NCBI RefSeq assembly: GCF_963921235.1
Contig: NC_086097.1
Span: forward strand, 73,472,001-73,536,000
DNA: 64,000 nucleotides
Origin: Mobula hypostoma
Lineage: Eukaryota
Direction of reading: 5' to 3'
Part shown: in pieces, positions 63,836 through 64,000 of the stretch
Numbering within the stretch: position 1 is the stretch's first letter
Layout of the letters: every line of letters starts with the position of its first letter
Position numbers and translations under genes: made by a program
The notes under the pieces: generated by a model
Told to the model about the DNA's origin: nothing
What the model saw: only the letters and a program-made list of their open reading frames with translations
The model's database searches: none

Positions 63836-64000
63836 TGAATGTCAACAAAAGAGACAGTTGTTAACTTCAGGAGGACACAGAGTGACCACTCTCTGCTGAA
63901 CATCGACGACTCCTCCGTAGAGATCGTTAAGAGCACCAAATTTCTTGGTGTTCACCTGGTGGAGAATCTCACCTGGTCCCTCAACACCAGCTCCATAGCA
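63836..64000 (+). mobile_element. Second Rex1/Babar-type fragment running off the window
   Basis: VVNFRRT..HSLLNIDDSSVEIVKSTKFLGVHLVENLTWSLNT. Confidence 0.8.

Overview
Eukaryotic, repeat-dominated vertebrate DNA. The repeat mix (many CR1 LINEs, HE1-like SINEs, Neptune-type Penelope elements, Rex1/Babar, L2, Tc1, Gypsy, Buster/hAT) suggests a cartilaginous fish, probably a ray; this is an inference. Nearly all long ORFs in the track are transposon-derived or antisense shadows. One host gene is absent from the ORF track but can be assembled by hand: three phase-compatible minus-strand exons (46371-46294, 46074-46017, 34929-34786) encode the C-terminus of a SAM-domain protein ending in a PDZ-ligand-like -TYV*. 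I cannot assign it to a named gene. Weaker plus-strand exon candidates include a 9-nt microexon at 5066-5074. Other highlights: minimal hammerhead ribozymes in the Penelope terminal repeats (core intact at 61981-62018); a young CR1 with a 5' inversion and a 200-bp inverted duplication (6891-10462); a 9.3-kb nest of Gypsy > Tc1 > CR1/Penelope with readable target-site duplications (49567-58866); a Vingi-like LINE fragment; a solo LTR; and non-autonomous retroelements with a YY1-type head. Everything was read by eye with no database searches, so family names and the boundaries of old repeats are approximate.
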